A stretch of DNA of 64,000 nucleotides, from NCBI GenBank assembly GCA_951406725.2, contig OX597814.1, forward strand, positions 185,814,001 through 185,878,000. The letters run 5' to 3'. Of the stretch, positions 1 to 13,504 are shown in pieces. The DNA comes from Octopus vulgaris (Eukaryota). Below the pieces are notes generated by a model. The model saw nothing but the letters and a program-made list of their open reading frames with translations, ran no database searches and had not been told where the DNA came from. Position 1 is the stretch's first letter; each line of letters starts with the position of its first letter. The position numbers and the translations under genes were made by a program.

Positions 1-638
1 GCCTTGTCTGTGTGAAAGTCAAAGTGTGAAAATCTTGTGCAGAAAGAGTACAAGCACAGACACAACAAGGTAGTCCAAAACTTTCACTGGCTACGATGCC
101 AGAAGTATGGATACAGGGATATGGGTGCTTGGTACCAAAATACACTAGAAAAGGTAATGGACGAAAAGGTGAAGGCAAAAATACTCTGGACTTTGACTTC
201 CAGACAGACAAGGCGTTAGAGCACCGAAAGCTGGATATAATAACCTTGAGGAGGGACAAACAAAACCGTTTAATAATCGATGTGGCAGTGCCAGGTGATC
301 AATATATTATCGTGAAAGAAAAAGAAAAGATTGATAAATATAGAGACAGGAGAATTGAGATCGCTAAGATGTGGCAACTATGAGAGTCAAACATAAAGAC
401 TGTCTCTATTGTCATTGGGGCAACTTGAAGAAACATCTGGAAACTTTAGAAATACCCTACAAATGCAAAAATCAGCATTACTTGGAACTGCATGCATATT
501 GCATAAAGTACTGTCTATCTGAGATCCTTGTTGTGACTTGACAGACAATACAAACCCAGGGGTCTGTACACAATATCTTCAATCAACAACATCACAATGT
601 TGGATACCGGGCAACGTCTTAAATACAAATAATAATAA
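1..638 (+). mobile_element. R4/Dong-clade non-LTR retrotransposon 3' fragment (RLE endonuclease + 3'UTR, short TAA tail), frameshifted
   Basis: ORFs 37-219 and 96-383 join into YKHRHNKVV..HW..C.KYG..WY..KILWDFDFQTDKALEHRKLDI..LIIDVAVPGD..KEKEKIDKY..EIAKMW, the RH/PD..D/K..KY restriction-like endonuclease motif set. The element ends in aataataat. Confidence 0.85.
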
Positions 639-872
639 TTCTTTCTTTTTCATTAAGCATGAAGCCCTAGGGTTTATAAAGGAGAGTAAACAAAAAGTTG
701 TGACATTCATCCTTTCCCCAAGGGCATTAGCACTTTAATGGCATTATTCCAACTGGAAATCAAAATAATCTGCCACTTCCATTTACTGAAAATATGTTCC
801 ACCATGTCATAGGCCACATCCTGCCATACATATGTGCACATGTGAGTGCATGTCTTGTATGTGAATATATAT

Positions 873-916
<44 letters not shown>

Positions 917-942
917 TAGAAAAGATAGATAGATAGATAGAC

Positions 943-1032
<90 letters not shown>

Positions 1033-1320
1033 ATAGAAAGGTAGATAGATAGATAGATAGATAGACAGACAGATAGACAGATAGATAGAGAGATAGATAG
1101 ACAGACAGACAGAAATACAGGCAGACAGGCAGACAGACAGATAGATAGACAGGCAGGCAGGCAGGCAGGCAGACAGACAGATAGATAGATAGATAGATAG
1201 ATAGAAAGGTAGAGAGATAGATAGATAGGCAGATGGATAGACAGCTAGACAGACAGACAGATGGATAGATAGATAGAAAGGTAGATAGATATATAGATGA
1301 AAGTGGATATATAGATATAT
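873..1320. repeat. Compound (GATA)n/(GACA)n/(GGCA)n microsatellite
   Basis: Directly visible tetranucleotide array. Confidence 0.95.
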
Positions 1321-2052
1321 ATAGGTTTGTTCTATGATCCATTAGTCTGTTGGGATACCATTGCAGACTACAGCGATGTAGTGTATCTAGGGCAAGTCAG
1401 CTCGTATGAAGCCCAACCCTCTCAAAGTTACACCCTTGGGAAGATTTGAGATTAGCTAACACAAATTTATGCTGCACTCCCATTGCTTACACAAATGAGC
1501 TGCACTTCCTCATGGTATTCATTTACAGCTAGATAGACTGAGCATGTTGTAACAGGTTTGATGTTGTTTATAGTTTCGTTCACATTTTAAAGTATTTTAG
1601 GTGTTGTTAAGACTAAAATATTGTGAGGATTTATTTTTTTCCATCTTTGCAATATTAAGTGGCTTTTATTGCCTTCCTGTTTACTGTTTACATACTAAAA
1701 CAACAAGATATATTTCAATTTTGAAGATTCTGATTCTAAAACAACATATTTTATTATTATATTTTTTTTGGTGTAATCCTTTCATGCCAACCCACTTGAG
1801 ACCAGCACTAGCTCTTGTACAAAACCTAATACTTTTTTTAAGTATTCATATTTAAATTAAAACGTTCATATTTTTCTCTCAGACTTCTTATGCAAGATTA
1901 TATTCCAAACCCAAACTTAATAATGACAAATTAGTTATTTTCCTAGATCCTACTAAATTTCAAAATTGATGTCAATTCAACACATTCTTCTCAAAAAATT
2001 TTTATGACCTTGTGTCAATCCTACAAATTCATTTTATTATCATTATTACTAA

Positions 2053-2487
2053 TAAGGCAGTAATCGTTAGCAGGCTGGACAAAATGCTTAGCAGGTTTTT
2101 ATCCAGCTTAACATGTTCTGAGTTCAAATTCTACCAAGGTTGACTTTACCTGTCATCCTTTTGGGATCAATAAAAAATATGTGCTAGTTGAACACTGAGG
2201 CCAATGTAATCACCCACGGTTGCTGGCCTTGTGCAAAAATTTGAAATCAATATTATTATTATTATTACTAAGATGGCGAACTGGCTGAATTGTTAGCATG
2301 CTGAGCAAAATGCTTAATGGCATTTCATCTTACTTTATGTTCTGGGTTCAAATTCTGCGAAGGTCAATTTTACCTTTCATCCTTTCAGGGTCAATAAATT
2401 AAATACCAGTGAAACACTGGGATTAATGTAATCGACTAGTCCCCTCCCCACAAATTTCAGGCCTTGTATCTTTAGAATAAAGGAATA
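2053..2487 (+). mobile_element. Two tandem copies of tRNA-derived SINE family B (2053-2250, 2269-2487), each ending in (ATT)n
   Basis: Head ggcgaactggc..gttagc, B-box-like gagttcaaattc, and central gtcgactttgcctttcatcctttcggggtcgataaa..agtaccag domain shared with other copies in the window. Confidence 0.8.
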
Positions 2488-2535
2488 TTATTATTATTAT
2501 TGCTATTATGTGAAGGTGCAGTGTCTAGTGGTTAC

Positions 2536-2995
2536 AATCATCATCATCATTTAACATCCGCTTTCCATGCTAGCATGGGTTGGACGATTTTGACTGAGGG
2601 CTGGCGAACCAGATGGCTGCACCAGGCTCCAATCTTGACCTGGCAGAGTTTCTACAGCTGGATGCCCTTCCTAACGCCAACCACCATGAGAGTGTAGTGG
2701 GTGCTTTTTACATGCCACTGGCACAGAGGCCAGTCAGCCGCTCTGGCAATGTTCACGCTCGGATAGTGCTCTTAGCACCCTACTAGCATGGGCACGAGTG
2801 CCAGTAAGGTGACGCTGGTAACGATCACACTCAAATGGTGCCTTTTATGTGCCACTGGCATGGAAGCCGGTTAGCCACTCTGTCAATGATCACACTTGCA
2901 TGGTGCTCTTTGCAACTCACTAGCATGGATGCCAGTCATCGAATTTGATTTTGATTTTGATTTCACTTGCCTCAACAGGTCTTCGCAAGCAGAGT
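2536..2995 (-). mobile_element. RTE LINE 3'UTR fragment with (GAT)n tail
   Basis: Reverse complement matches 50160-50689 (gttggcgttaggaagggcatccag..catgctagcatggaaa..gatgatgat). Confidence 0.85.
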
Positions 2996-3004
2996 TTACA
3001 ATGT

Positions 3005-3260
3005 ACTCACAAATTACTAGGTTGTAGTTTCAATTCTCAGACAGGTAGTATGTTGTGTTCTTGAGCATTACACTTCATTTCACATTGCTCCAGTCCACTC
3101 AGTTGTAAAAGGGTAACCCAGTAATGGACTGGTGTTCCATTCAGAAGGAATATTGGCCTGTCTGTCTAACCAACTGGGTGACATCATACAAAAGATACAA
3201 CAAAGTGTGGAAGTGCATTATGACAGTGGTGTATAATACCTTCTGATAATCTGGTCGATA
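3005..3260 (+). mobile_element. Degenerate CORE/V-like SINE
   Basis: gtgttcttgagca..cacttcatttcacattgctccagtccactcag..gtaaccc..atggactgg motif; a similar piece lies at 47480-47590. Confidence 0.5.
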
Positions 3261-3686
3261 CAGAGACACAGTGATTATCACATCCTGCTCCCACCCCACC
3301 CCAGGCTGATTTTCTTCAAGTTATGCAATATAAGAACAAGGATGGCTGTATTGGTTTAGAAGTTCATTTTACAACCATATAGTAGTGTCTGGTTCTCACC
3401 ACATAGTGCCTTTAGCATGTGTCTTACACAATTGCCTGAAGCTGACCAATGCCAAATGAATGAACCTGATAGACAAAAACTATGCAGAAACCAAGACATA
3501 CAGCGAGAAGGAAAATTATTTTGATGAGATACATCATCTGAAGAGACACATCTATACCAATGGATACTTCTAAACCAGTTGTTCAGTATCCCACATGTGA
3601 GGAATCAATGGTTGATGGGTCAAAACAATTGTAATGATCAACAAGCATTCTTGAATCTTCCATCTTCCATCTCTCCCATTAATCAA

Positions 3687-3727
<41 letters not shown>

Positions 3728-3779
3728 TAGATTGATAGATAGACTGATAGATAGACAGACAGAAATCAAATTGTTATAA

Positions 3780-3867
<88 letters not shown>

Positions 3868-3870
<3 letters not shown>

Positions 3871-4085
3871 GGTGGTGGGCTATCAGAATCATTAGCATGC
3901 TGGACGAAATGCTTGGTGGCATTTTGCACATCACTACATTTTGAGTTCAAATTCCACCAAGGTCGACTTTGCCATTCATCCTTCCTGGGTCAATAGATTA
4001 AGTATCGGTGAAACACTGGAGGTAGTGTAATTGACTAGTTCCCTTCCCCCGAATTTCAGACCTTGTGCCTTTAGTAAAAAGGATT
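3868..4085 (+). mobile_element. SINE family B, preceded by (ATT)n tract 3783-3868
   Basis: Similarity to other family B copies. Confidence 0.8.
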
Positions 4086-4194
4086 ATTACTATTATTGTC
4101 TTGTTTACATGAAAAACCCTCACAACAACACATACTCACACACATATACACACACATGCTTTGTTTTGTCCTGTACTCTTTTTTCTCTTTTCTC

Positions 4195-4590
4195 TCTTTT
4201 ACTTGTTTCAGTCATTTGACTGCAGCCATGCTGGAGCACCACCTTTAGTCGAGAAAATCGATCCCAGGACTTATTCTTTATAAGCCTAGTACTTATTCTA
4301 TCGGTCTCTTTTGCTGAACCGCTAAGTGACAGGGACATAAACACACCACCATCGGTTGTCAAGCAATGCTAAGGGGACAAACACAGACACACGAACATAC
4401 ACACACACACATATATATATACATATATACGACGGGCTTCTTTCAGTTTCCATCTACCAAATCCTCTCACAAGGGTTTGGTCAGCCTGATGCTATAGTAG
4501 AAGACACTTGCCCAAGGTGCCACGCAGTGGGACTGAACCCGGAACCATGTGGTTGGTAAGCAAGCTACTTACCACACAGCCACTCCTGCT
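4195..4590 (-). mobile_element. tRNA-derived SINE family A (about 390 bp, internal microsatellite)
   Basis: Head ggagtggctgtgtggtaag..gggttcagtccc (A/B boxes), CORE-like caccttgggcaagtg, tail cagtcaaatgactgaaacaagtaaaagag. Confidence 0.9.
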
Positions 4591-4638
4591 GTCCATAATA
4601 TTTTTCTTAATGTAAACCCTTGTGGTTAATAAAGAGAC

Positions 4639-4719
<81 letters not shown>

Positions 4720-4723
4720 CAGC

Positions 4724-4756
<33 letters not shown>

Positions 4757-4757
4757 G

Positions 4758-4806
<49 letters not shown>

Positions 4807-4808
<2 letters not shown>

Positions 4809-5192
4809 TTTAAGACATTGCACAGTATCCAATATCATGATGTTGTTGATTGAAGATATTGTGCACAGACCCCTGGGTTTGTACTGTCTGTCAAATCACA
4901 AGGATCTCAGACAGACAGTACTTTATGCAATATGCATGCAATTCCAAGTAATGCTGATTTTTGCATTTGTGGGGTATTTCTAAAGTTTCCAGATTTTTCT
5001 TCATGTTGGGTGGTATTGAACCCAAAGCCCCAATGACAATAGAGACATCCTTTATGTTTGACCCTCATAGTTGCCAGATCTTAGCGATCTCAATTTTCAG
5101 GTCTCCATATTTATCAATCTTTTCTCTTTTTTTCATGATAATATATTGATCTCCTGGCACTGCCACATCGATTATTAGGCACTCATGTTTTA
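4807..5192 (-). mobile_element. R4/Dong-clade LINE 3' fragment, same family as 1-638
   Basis: Encodes CLIIDVAVPGDQYIIMKKREKIDKYGDLKIEIAKIWQL. Its 3'UTR is the reverse complement of 520-625 and runs into a compound (TAC)/(CAC)/(TAA) tract at 4640-4806. Confidence 0.85.
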
Positions 5193-5194
5193 TT

Positions 5195-5235
<41 letters not shown>

Positions 5236-5238
5236 TAC

Positions 5239-5283
<45 letters not shown>

Positions 5284-5320
5284 CATCATCATCATCATCA
5301 TCCTCATCATCATAATTATT

Positions 5321-5640
5321 GAGTGAGAGAGCAATGCATGCCATCAAAGCGACACTGGGACACAAATATATGAAACTCAATATGCCCATCATGAGTACCC
5401 CGCCTGTTAAGGGTGCACCAGACACATGCATCACAACCATATGTGAGCGACATGGTGATCTCATATCAAGATACGTAACACATCACCTTGCAGATGCAGC
5501 CCAGTTAGAATTTTCTTCATGTCGCGTAGCCCATCCTACTGAAAAGGTCCCTAAATTCCTCTCCCACTACTCCTGCTTTTGATTAGAGATGCACATATCC
5601 TCAGACACTAAGGGACACGCTCAACAGGCTATGGCCAATA
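5321..5640 (-). mobile_element. Unclassified TAA-tailed retroelement 3' end (family T), copy 1
   Basis: Homologous to 6526-7062; on the minus strand it ends ..ctctctcactc(aat)n. Confidence 0.6.
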
Positions 5641-5674
<34 letters not shown>

Positions 5675-5701
5675 CATCTTATTATTATTATTATTATCAT
5701 C

Positions 5702-5732
<31 letters not shown>

Positions 5733-5747
5733 TATTATTATTATTAT

Positions 5748-5965
5748 TAAAGCAGCGAGCTGGCAGAATTGTTAGCACAGCAGGCAAAATGCTTAGCAGC
5801 ATTTTGTCCATCTTTATATTCTGAGTTCAAATTCTGCCGAAGTTGGCTTTGCCTTTCATCCTTTTAAGTTCAATAAATTAAGTACCAGTCAAGTACTGGG
5901 ATCGATGTGATTGACTATCCACTTCTCCCAAAATTCCAAGCCTTGTGCCTATATTAAAAAAGATT
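5748..5965 (+). mobile_element. SINE family B between (ATT)n tracts
   Basis: Family B head and central domain. Confidence 0.8.
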
Positions 5966-5978
5966 ATTATTATTATTA

Positions 5979-6042
<64 letters not shown>

Positions 6043-6043
<1 letters not shown>

Positions 6044-6516
6044 TTGTGTTTGACTTTTACTTTGCATTTGTACAAGTTTGGCTCCAAGTCTCACCCAGAG
6101 ACCTCAAGAGACAACAAGTTAGAAGTCCATGTTGGTGTTATGACTAGCGTGCCATATATTTCATTTTGTACATAGTGTTGTTCTAGAGAATGTTTAAGAA
6201 ACCATAAGAAAATTATGTTTGTTTTTAAAATTTGAGATTACATAGAAAGTATTTTGCGTAGGATATGAGCAGTTCCCATGAGCACTATCTTTTGATTTTC
6301 TGCCCTTTTGGGGTTTCCTGGTATCTGAGCTAGGTAGCAATCAGCCCTTTTTTATATCATTCCTAAGGCACCTATGACAACAGGTATTGTTTTAGTCTTC
6401 AGGTTCCACATTTTGTTAATTTCTATTTCAAGATCTTTATACTTGCTCAATTTTTGGTAGGTCATGACAGATACGTCTGTATTGATTGGAACAGTAATAT
6501 CAATGAGAAGGCATGA
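6043..6516 (-). mobile_element. Second R4/Dong-clade LINE family, 3' fragment with (TAA)n tail
   Basis: Manual translation gives CLLIDITVPINTDVSVMTYQKLSKYKDLEIEINKMWNLKTKTIPVVIGALG..QKIVLMGTAHILRKILSM. Confidence 0.8.
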
Positions 6517-6525
6517 TATTATTAT

Positions 6526-7061
6526 TGAGTGAGAGAGCAGTGCATGCCATCAAAGTGACACTGGGGTAAAATATACAAAGCCCATCATGACTACCCGTCT
6601 GATAAGCATACACCAGGCACATGCATCACAACCATGTGTGCGTGACATGCTAATCTCATATCAAGATAAACAGCATATGATCTTGCAGGTGGGGTACAGT
6701 TAGAATTTTCTTTCTTTCACACTCAAAAGGTCTCTGAATAAGGATTGTTTAAGGATGTTGAACAAAACACCCATGTTTCCAAAGGTGAATTATTCAAACT
6801 TCCAAGAATTCCTTTCAACACACGGCTATGATGCTCCCCAACTACCTCTGCTCATGATCAGAGATGCACATATCATCAGCCACTAAGGGACATGTTCAAC
6901 TGGTTAAAGTCAAACAACTGACAAGCAAATCTGTGGTATTGAGCAGAATATTTGCTGTAGCCCATCTTTTATACCAAGACAAAACTACATACATGACAAC
7001 ACTTCCAATCAGTTAATATCAGAAGACATGAGAGCTACTGCCTGGTACTGCATCAGGGCAT

Positions 7062-7062
<1 letters not shown>
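6526..7062 (-). mobile_element. Unclassified TAA-tailed retroelement 3' end (family T), copy 2
   Basis: Longer homologue of 5321-5640, flanked by (ATT)n on both sides. Confidence 0.6.
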
Positions 7063-7125
<63 letters not shown>

Positions 7126-7340
7126 TGTTATTGTTATTATTTTCATCATCCTTTCCTTTCTAGCATAGAATACAAATTTAGTAAGAAGCTTTATAATCAG
7201 TTATAACAACCACAGTACTTAACCAGCATTTAAAAATTAATCACTCTTGGAAGAATGAAAAGCAGAATCTGCTTTGAGAAAATTTCACCATGAACTGTAA
7301 AAGGATTATGATCAACATTCTATCATTTCCATAACACACA

Positions 7341-7373
<33 letters not shown>

Positions 7374-7707
7374 ACCACCACCACTTCTACCACCGAACAG
7401 AATAAATACTAATAACACAGTAAAATTTCTTACAAATATAATGACTGACTGATTACGTGTGTATGTGTGTGTCTGTGTGTGTGGGGGGGGGGGTGAACAT
7501 ACACACATGTGGATGCACAATCATGTGAGGATAATAATGCACAAACACATGCAGGGAGAGAGAATAATATATTTATCCACACACATACACACATATACAC
7601 ACATATATACAAATACATAGTATATCACACACATATGCACACATGCTAAGACAGTCTCAAATAGTTAAATTTCTGGAAACGTAGAGAAGCCACTCCTACG
7701 TAGGGTT

Positions 7708-7930
7708 AGGAGTGGCTGTGTGGTAAGTAGCTTGCTTACCAACCCACATGGTTCTGAGTTCAGTCCCACTGCATGGCATCTTGGACTGACCAAAGCCTTG
7801 TGAGTGGAAACTGAAAGAAGACCACCATATATATGTATATATATGTGTGCGTGTATGTTTGTGTGTCTGTGTTTGTCCCCCTAGCATTGCTTGACAACCG
7901 ATGCTGGTGTGTTTATGTCCCCGTCACTTA
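7708..7930 (+). mobile_element. SINE family A, internally deleted and 3' truncated
   Basis: Family A head and middle. Confidence 0.8.
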
Positions 7931-8444
7931 CAAACTGTGTCATTCCTTTCAGATATTCTGAGAAAACTTGTCTGGGTAAGGGAAAATATTATCTTCCTTG
8001 GAAACAGGTGAGGGTTGAAGAGAGGGAAGGCATCAAGCCATGGTAAATCTGCCTCAATAACACTCTGTCGAATCTATGCAAGAATGGAAAAGCAGACCTT
8101 AAAATGATGGCTATATATATATATGATGTCAACATTTATATATATATATATATATATATATAGATAGATAGATAGATGTTGACATCATAACAATTTGTAA
8201 AATAATCCCTTTTTTTTTTTTGGAAAACTAGATCTTGAAGTTTTAGAAACCATGCTAGTATGCTTGTATGGGACATGAATGTTAAATGATGATGATGATG
8301 GTGGTGGTGGTGGTGTGATGGTGATGATGGTGGTGGTGGTGGTGGTGGTGGTGGTGGTGATGATATGTGTGTGTATGTGTGTATAGCATATGTATAAAAT
8401 AAAAGTATAGCATACATGATAAAAGTATAATATATATAATAAAA

Positions 8445-8489
<45 letters not shown>

Positions 8490-9029
8490 CATATATATAT
8501 ACATATATATATGTATATATATATATAATAAAATTATTATATATTATACTTAATTGTACATATATATATACATATGTAATACTTTATTGTATACACACAC
8601 ACACACACACACATAACATATATATGTGTATGTGTGCATGTATGTATATTCATACAGAAATGTGTATATTTGTGTGTGTGTGTGTGTGTGTTATACACAG
8701 ATTCATACATACACAGACACACAGAACCACATATACTCACAAACATACACATACGTCCACGATAGAAGCATCCTAAAAATTTTTCACTTCATATGAAAAC
8801 TATTATAGTTTCAAATTTTCTCTCCTTCAAAGTTAAAATTATCAGTAAGAGGCATGGCAAATAGATCTGTGAGGTTAAACCAACAATTGTGTATAGTTGG
8901 TCTGGTCCTCCAGTATCAAATGAATAAATAAACAAATACAGTCTTTGTGTGTCATAGTTGCACCAAATCAACTAATGGATAGAATTTCACACTGAACCGT
9001 GTATGTCTTCATTTAAAGCAACTCCTTGA

Positions 9030-9159
9030 CTGTATGTATGTAGGTACATATGTATGTGTATATATAAGCTTGTACCTAAGCATGCGTGAATGTATGTATG
9101 TATGTATGTATGTATCTCTGAATGTATGTATATATGTATATATGTATGTATGTATGTAC

Positions 9160-9190
<31 letters not shown>

Positions 9191-9377
9191 TGTATGTATG
9201 CATGTATGTATGTATGTACATATGTATGTATGTATGTATGTATGTACATGTGTATGTGTGTATGTATGTATTTATGTATGTATGTATGTATGTATGTATG
9301 TATATATGTATGCATATATGTATGTATGTGTGTATGTGTGTATGTATGTATATATGAATGTATGTATTTACATATGC

Positions 9378-9410
<33 letters not shown>

Positions 9411-10304
9411 TATATGTATGCATATATGTATGTATGTATGTATGTATGTGTGTATGTGTGTATGTATATATGAATGTATGTATTTACGTATGCATATATG
9501 TATGTATGCATGTATGTGTGTATGTATGTATGTATGTATGTATGTATGTATGTATGTATGTATGTATGTATGTATGTATGTATGTATATATGATTGTATC
9601 TCTGAGTGAATGCGTGAATGTATGTTTAAAATGTCTATCTTTATGTCTGTGTATATATATGTTCGAGATTATTTGAAACATTTCTCAGAAACAGAGAAAG
9701 AATCGTTTTCTTTTCCAACCCAGAATCAAGGCTCTTTCATTGGAATTTAGACCAGAACTAGGGAGTTATATATGGATGTGTCTGTACACTTATGTATGTG
9801 TGTATGCATGCATGTCAATATATATGTGTATCTCTATGGTTTGAATAATGTTTGTGAGCATATAAATGTGTTTCTATATCTATATTCATGTATATATCTA
9901 TATATCATATGTATGTATGTCATTATTCAGTTTTATTCCAAGATTTCTTGCCAATAGAGAAAGAGCCGGTTTCTAACCAAGATTCAAGGCTCCTTCACTG
10001 GAATTTCAACATCAACAAGATATTTTTGCATGTATTTATGTATGTATACATGCAGATTTGTATGCTTTGTATGTATTTTTGCATGTATTCTCACGCATAT
10101 AGTTACATGTCTAGACATGCATGTATGTATTTATGTATGCATATATGTATGTATGTATGCATGTATGTATATACATGTGCATGTGTCTATGTATGTATGC
10201 ATTTATGTATGTATGTATGTATGCGTATATGTATGCATATATGTTTGTATGTGTGCATGTATGTATGTATGTATGTATATATGTATGTATGCATGCATGT
10301 ATGC

Positions 10305-10336
<32 letters not shown>

Positions 10337-10465
10337 GTGCATGTATGTATGTGTGCATGTATGTATGTATGTATGTATGTATGTATGTATGTATGTATGC
10401 ATGTATGCATATATGTATGCATGTATGTATGTATGTGTGCATGCATGTATGTATGTATGTATGTA
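9030..10465. repeat. Two long (TATG)n arrays (9030-9590, 10030-10465) separated by a spacer carrying two copies of a ~110-bp motif
   Basis: Directly visible; source of the many MYVC/HTYI ORFs. Confidence 0.95.
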
Positions 10466-10789
10466 CCTAACACAAGCTAATGACTAGAATGCTTTACTTA
10501 TTTTTCAGTTCTTTTAATGGACTGTAATTATAATTTCTTAATTAGCCATATCCTTTCTGGTTTTGTGAAGCCCAGCTTGTCAAGACAAATGCTGAGGTAA
10601 TCAGTTACATAACCAAATGCTCCAATAATTATAGGTGTATATCTAAAGTTATAGTTCAGAAAGTGTATCTGCAGATTTCTCATTAGCTTGGCATGTTTTC
10701 TATTTCACCAATCTTTAATAGTTTTAACATCTGCTGGTCAAGAGGTTTTTACTTCTGTACAAGCACTTTTTATTTGTCCCTTATCTCTA

Positions 10790-11190
10790 CAGCTGAAAAG
10801 TTCATAGGATAACCAAGATTCTTTCATGGAAATTGATCAAGTGAGATTTATTTTTCAGCATAGTCCCCATTGAAGTCCAACCACTTCTTCCATCAGTACT
10901 GGAGGCCGTTCAAGAATTTGGACCTGGAGATCTCCATTTCCAGCAATTTCGAGGGCCACCTCCCAGTGGTGTTGGGCATCAATGAAGAGCCCTCAATGAC
11001 AAGACAACCAAAGTTTTTTTTTTCCAAGTTCTGGGGTCTCTTGCCCCTAAGCCCTAGACCATCACCTAATCACCCTTACCAGTCTTGTTGCTTAACAACA
11101 ACAATAAGTACTGGAGTACTTGGATCCCATTTGTGAAGAAACTTTCACCCTGTTCCTCAAAAACTTTATCAACCGTAGATATGACATTAA
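10790..11190 (-). mobile_element. Mariner transposase 3' remnant containing a ~200-bp (AAC)n-tailed retro-insertion (10905-11106)
   Basis: VDKVFEEQGESFFTNGIQVLQY..WKKWLDFNGDYAEK* is a mariner C-terminus. The insert is flanked by a 10-bp TSD agtactggag (10895-10904, 11107-11116). Confidence 0.7.
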
Positions 11191-11214
11191 GGCGGTGAGC
11201 TTGTAGAAACGCTA

Positions 11215-11520
11215 GCATGAGGACTCGCGAACAAGATGGCTGCACCAGGCTCCAATCTGATCTGGCAGAGTTTCTACAGCTGGATGCCCTTCCTAACGCC
11301 AACCACTCTGAGAGTGTAGTGGGTGCTTTTATGTGCCACCAGCATGAGGGCCAGTCTGGCAGTACTGGCAACGGCCATGTCGAAATGGGGTTTTTTACGT
11401 GCCACCTGCAGAGGAGTCAGTCCAGCAGCACTGGCAACAATCTTGCTCGAATGTTTTGTTCATGTGCCACCAGCACAAGTGCCAGTAAGGCGATGCTGGT
11501 AACGATTCACGCTCAATGTG
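11215..11520 (-). mobile_element. RTE 3'UTR fragment fused to a SINE B head (11189-11220)
   Basis: Match to the RTE 3'UTR, preceded by aaggcggtgagcttgtagaaacgctagc. Confidence 0.75.
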
Positions 11521-12126
11521 TTTATGTATATTCGTTGTTGTTATCCATAAGTTTCTTATTTTATTACAGGTTGCTCTAGATACCATAAATTGATCACAAG
11601 AAGATAATATTTCAAAGAAATTCTCTTGCAGTTTGCAATGACATGTTTAGTTTTGATTTTACATAACCTACTTTTGTTGTCAGCAGTTTCTTCTTGATAC
11701 TAAAGATTTCTTGCTTCTGGATTACATGAACATAATCTTCAAGAAAGATTGTTACAAACAAGTCAGCTTTTAGTGTGGTTTATTCCCTCCTTGGTCAGAA
11801 TTTTTCATTTCAACAACCAAGGAACAACCTTCTCGCTGTACTAATCTATTCTTTGGCTTTGATGCTGTGTTAAACAGATTTTTCCAATAATCTTTTGGGA
11901 GGGGTCAATGTCGGATACTTAATTTAATATTTTCTCCTAATGTTCATCGGCTGTTCTCACAAGAGTATCACATTCATGTTTGTATGATTGTAAAGCCACC
12001 CAAGATAGTTACTGAGATATTTTGTGCTGGTGATGTTCCTTCAGTGTTACAATCTAAGCTTCATTTGATGTTACTACAGATTCTATTTAAGGATTGGCTT
12101 ACTTTGGAAAATATAATCTGCATACA

Positions 12127-12640
12127 TCATCATCATTATCGTCATCGTCGTCGTCGTCGTCGTCGTCATCGTCATCATCGTCATCGTCATCGTCATCATC
12201 ATCATCGTCGTCATCGTCATCATCATCATTGTCATCATCATCGTCATCATCATCATCGTCATCATCATCATCTTCATCATCATCGTCGTCATCATCATCA
12301 TCGTCATCATCATCGTCATCATCATCATCGTCATCGTCGTCGTCGTCGTCATCGTCATCGTCGTCGTCATCATCGTCGTCATCGTCGTCATCATCATCAT
12401 CATTTAATATCCATTTTCCATGCTGGCATGGATTGGACAGTTTGACCAGAGCTAGCAAACCAAAGAGCTGTCTAGGCTCTTCCTGTCTGTACTGGCACAG
12501 TTTTTACAGCTGGATGCTCTTCCTAACACCAACACTTTACAAAGTGTACAGAGTACTTTTTACATGCTACTAGCACAGATGCTTTTACATGGCACCAACA
12601 TCTGCAAGACAATGACCTCTCAGCTGGAAGAGGAAGCAGG
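12127..12640 (-). mobile_element. RTE-type 3' end with hyper-expanded (GAT/GAC)n tail (12127-12402)
   Basis: ttttccatgctggcatgg..cagctggatgctcttcctaacaccaac lies adjacent to the trinucleotide array. Confidence 0.75.
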
Positions 12641-12806
12641 GTCATATTGAAATTTTCAGTAACACTGAACAGTTTCCAAGTCTTTATATCCACCTTTCTA
12701 AGTTTTTGCAGTGACCAGTGCAAAAGGCTAAAAATAGGCACTGATAGCCTTGACAGACACTATTGAAGATGCTGTGAATATGAGAATCGTGATGACCGCT
12801 TTATTT

Positions 12807-12907
<101 letters not shown>

Positions 12908-13504
12908 CATTAGTTTCTTTCCATGTTCTTGCTAGTATATCCATTATGCCTGACAATCACATCTTCTGCAAGATACTTGCAGTTCTCACCTGGCTGAAAA
13001 GATGATAGAGTCTTCTAAATTCAAAGAAATTCAGCAACACTAACAAAGCTATTATCTGTCAGATGCCATTTTTGGTAATGTATAATAACCTTTTCTGCTC
13101 TAGGCACAAGGCCCGAAATTTTGGGGAAGGGGCTGGTTGATTAGATCAACCCCAGTACAATACTAGTACTTAATTTATCAACCCCAAAAGGATGAAAGGC
13201 AAAGTCGACTTCTGTAGAATTTGAACTCAGAACGTTTGGTAATTTATGATATTAATTGTATTGGTTTGTTCTTTTCCTTCAGAAACAAGTAATTACTGCC
13301 TCAAGACCTAGAACTTAAGGGACAAGTTTACCTGGTTTCCATGGAATAAAAGTGACCAAAATCACAACATTCCTTCCGAACAAGATGCCAGTCCATTGCA
13401 AATTGATCATGTACAGCTGAGTGGATTATTGCAACATAAAATAAAGTGTCTTGCTCAAGGAGACAACACACCACCCAATCCAGGAATCAAAACCACAATT
13501 TTGT

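Noticed and set aside
3593-3637. Hammerhead relic (gtgagga..aaaacaattgta)
   Set aside because: Both catalytic boxes are mutated and the stems are too short to support a call.
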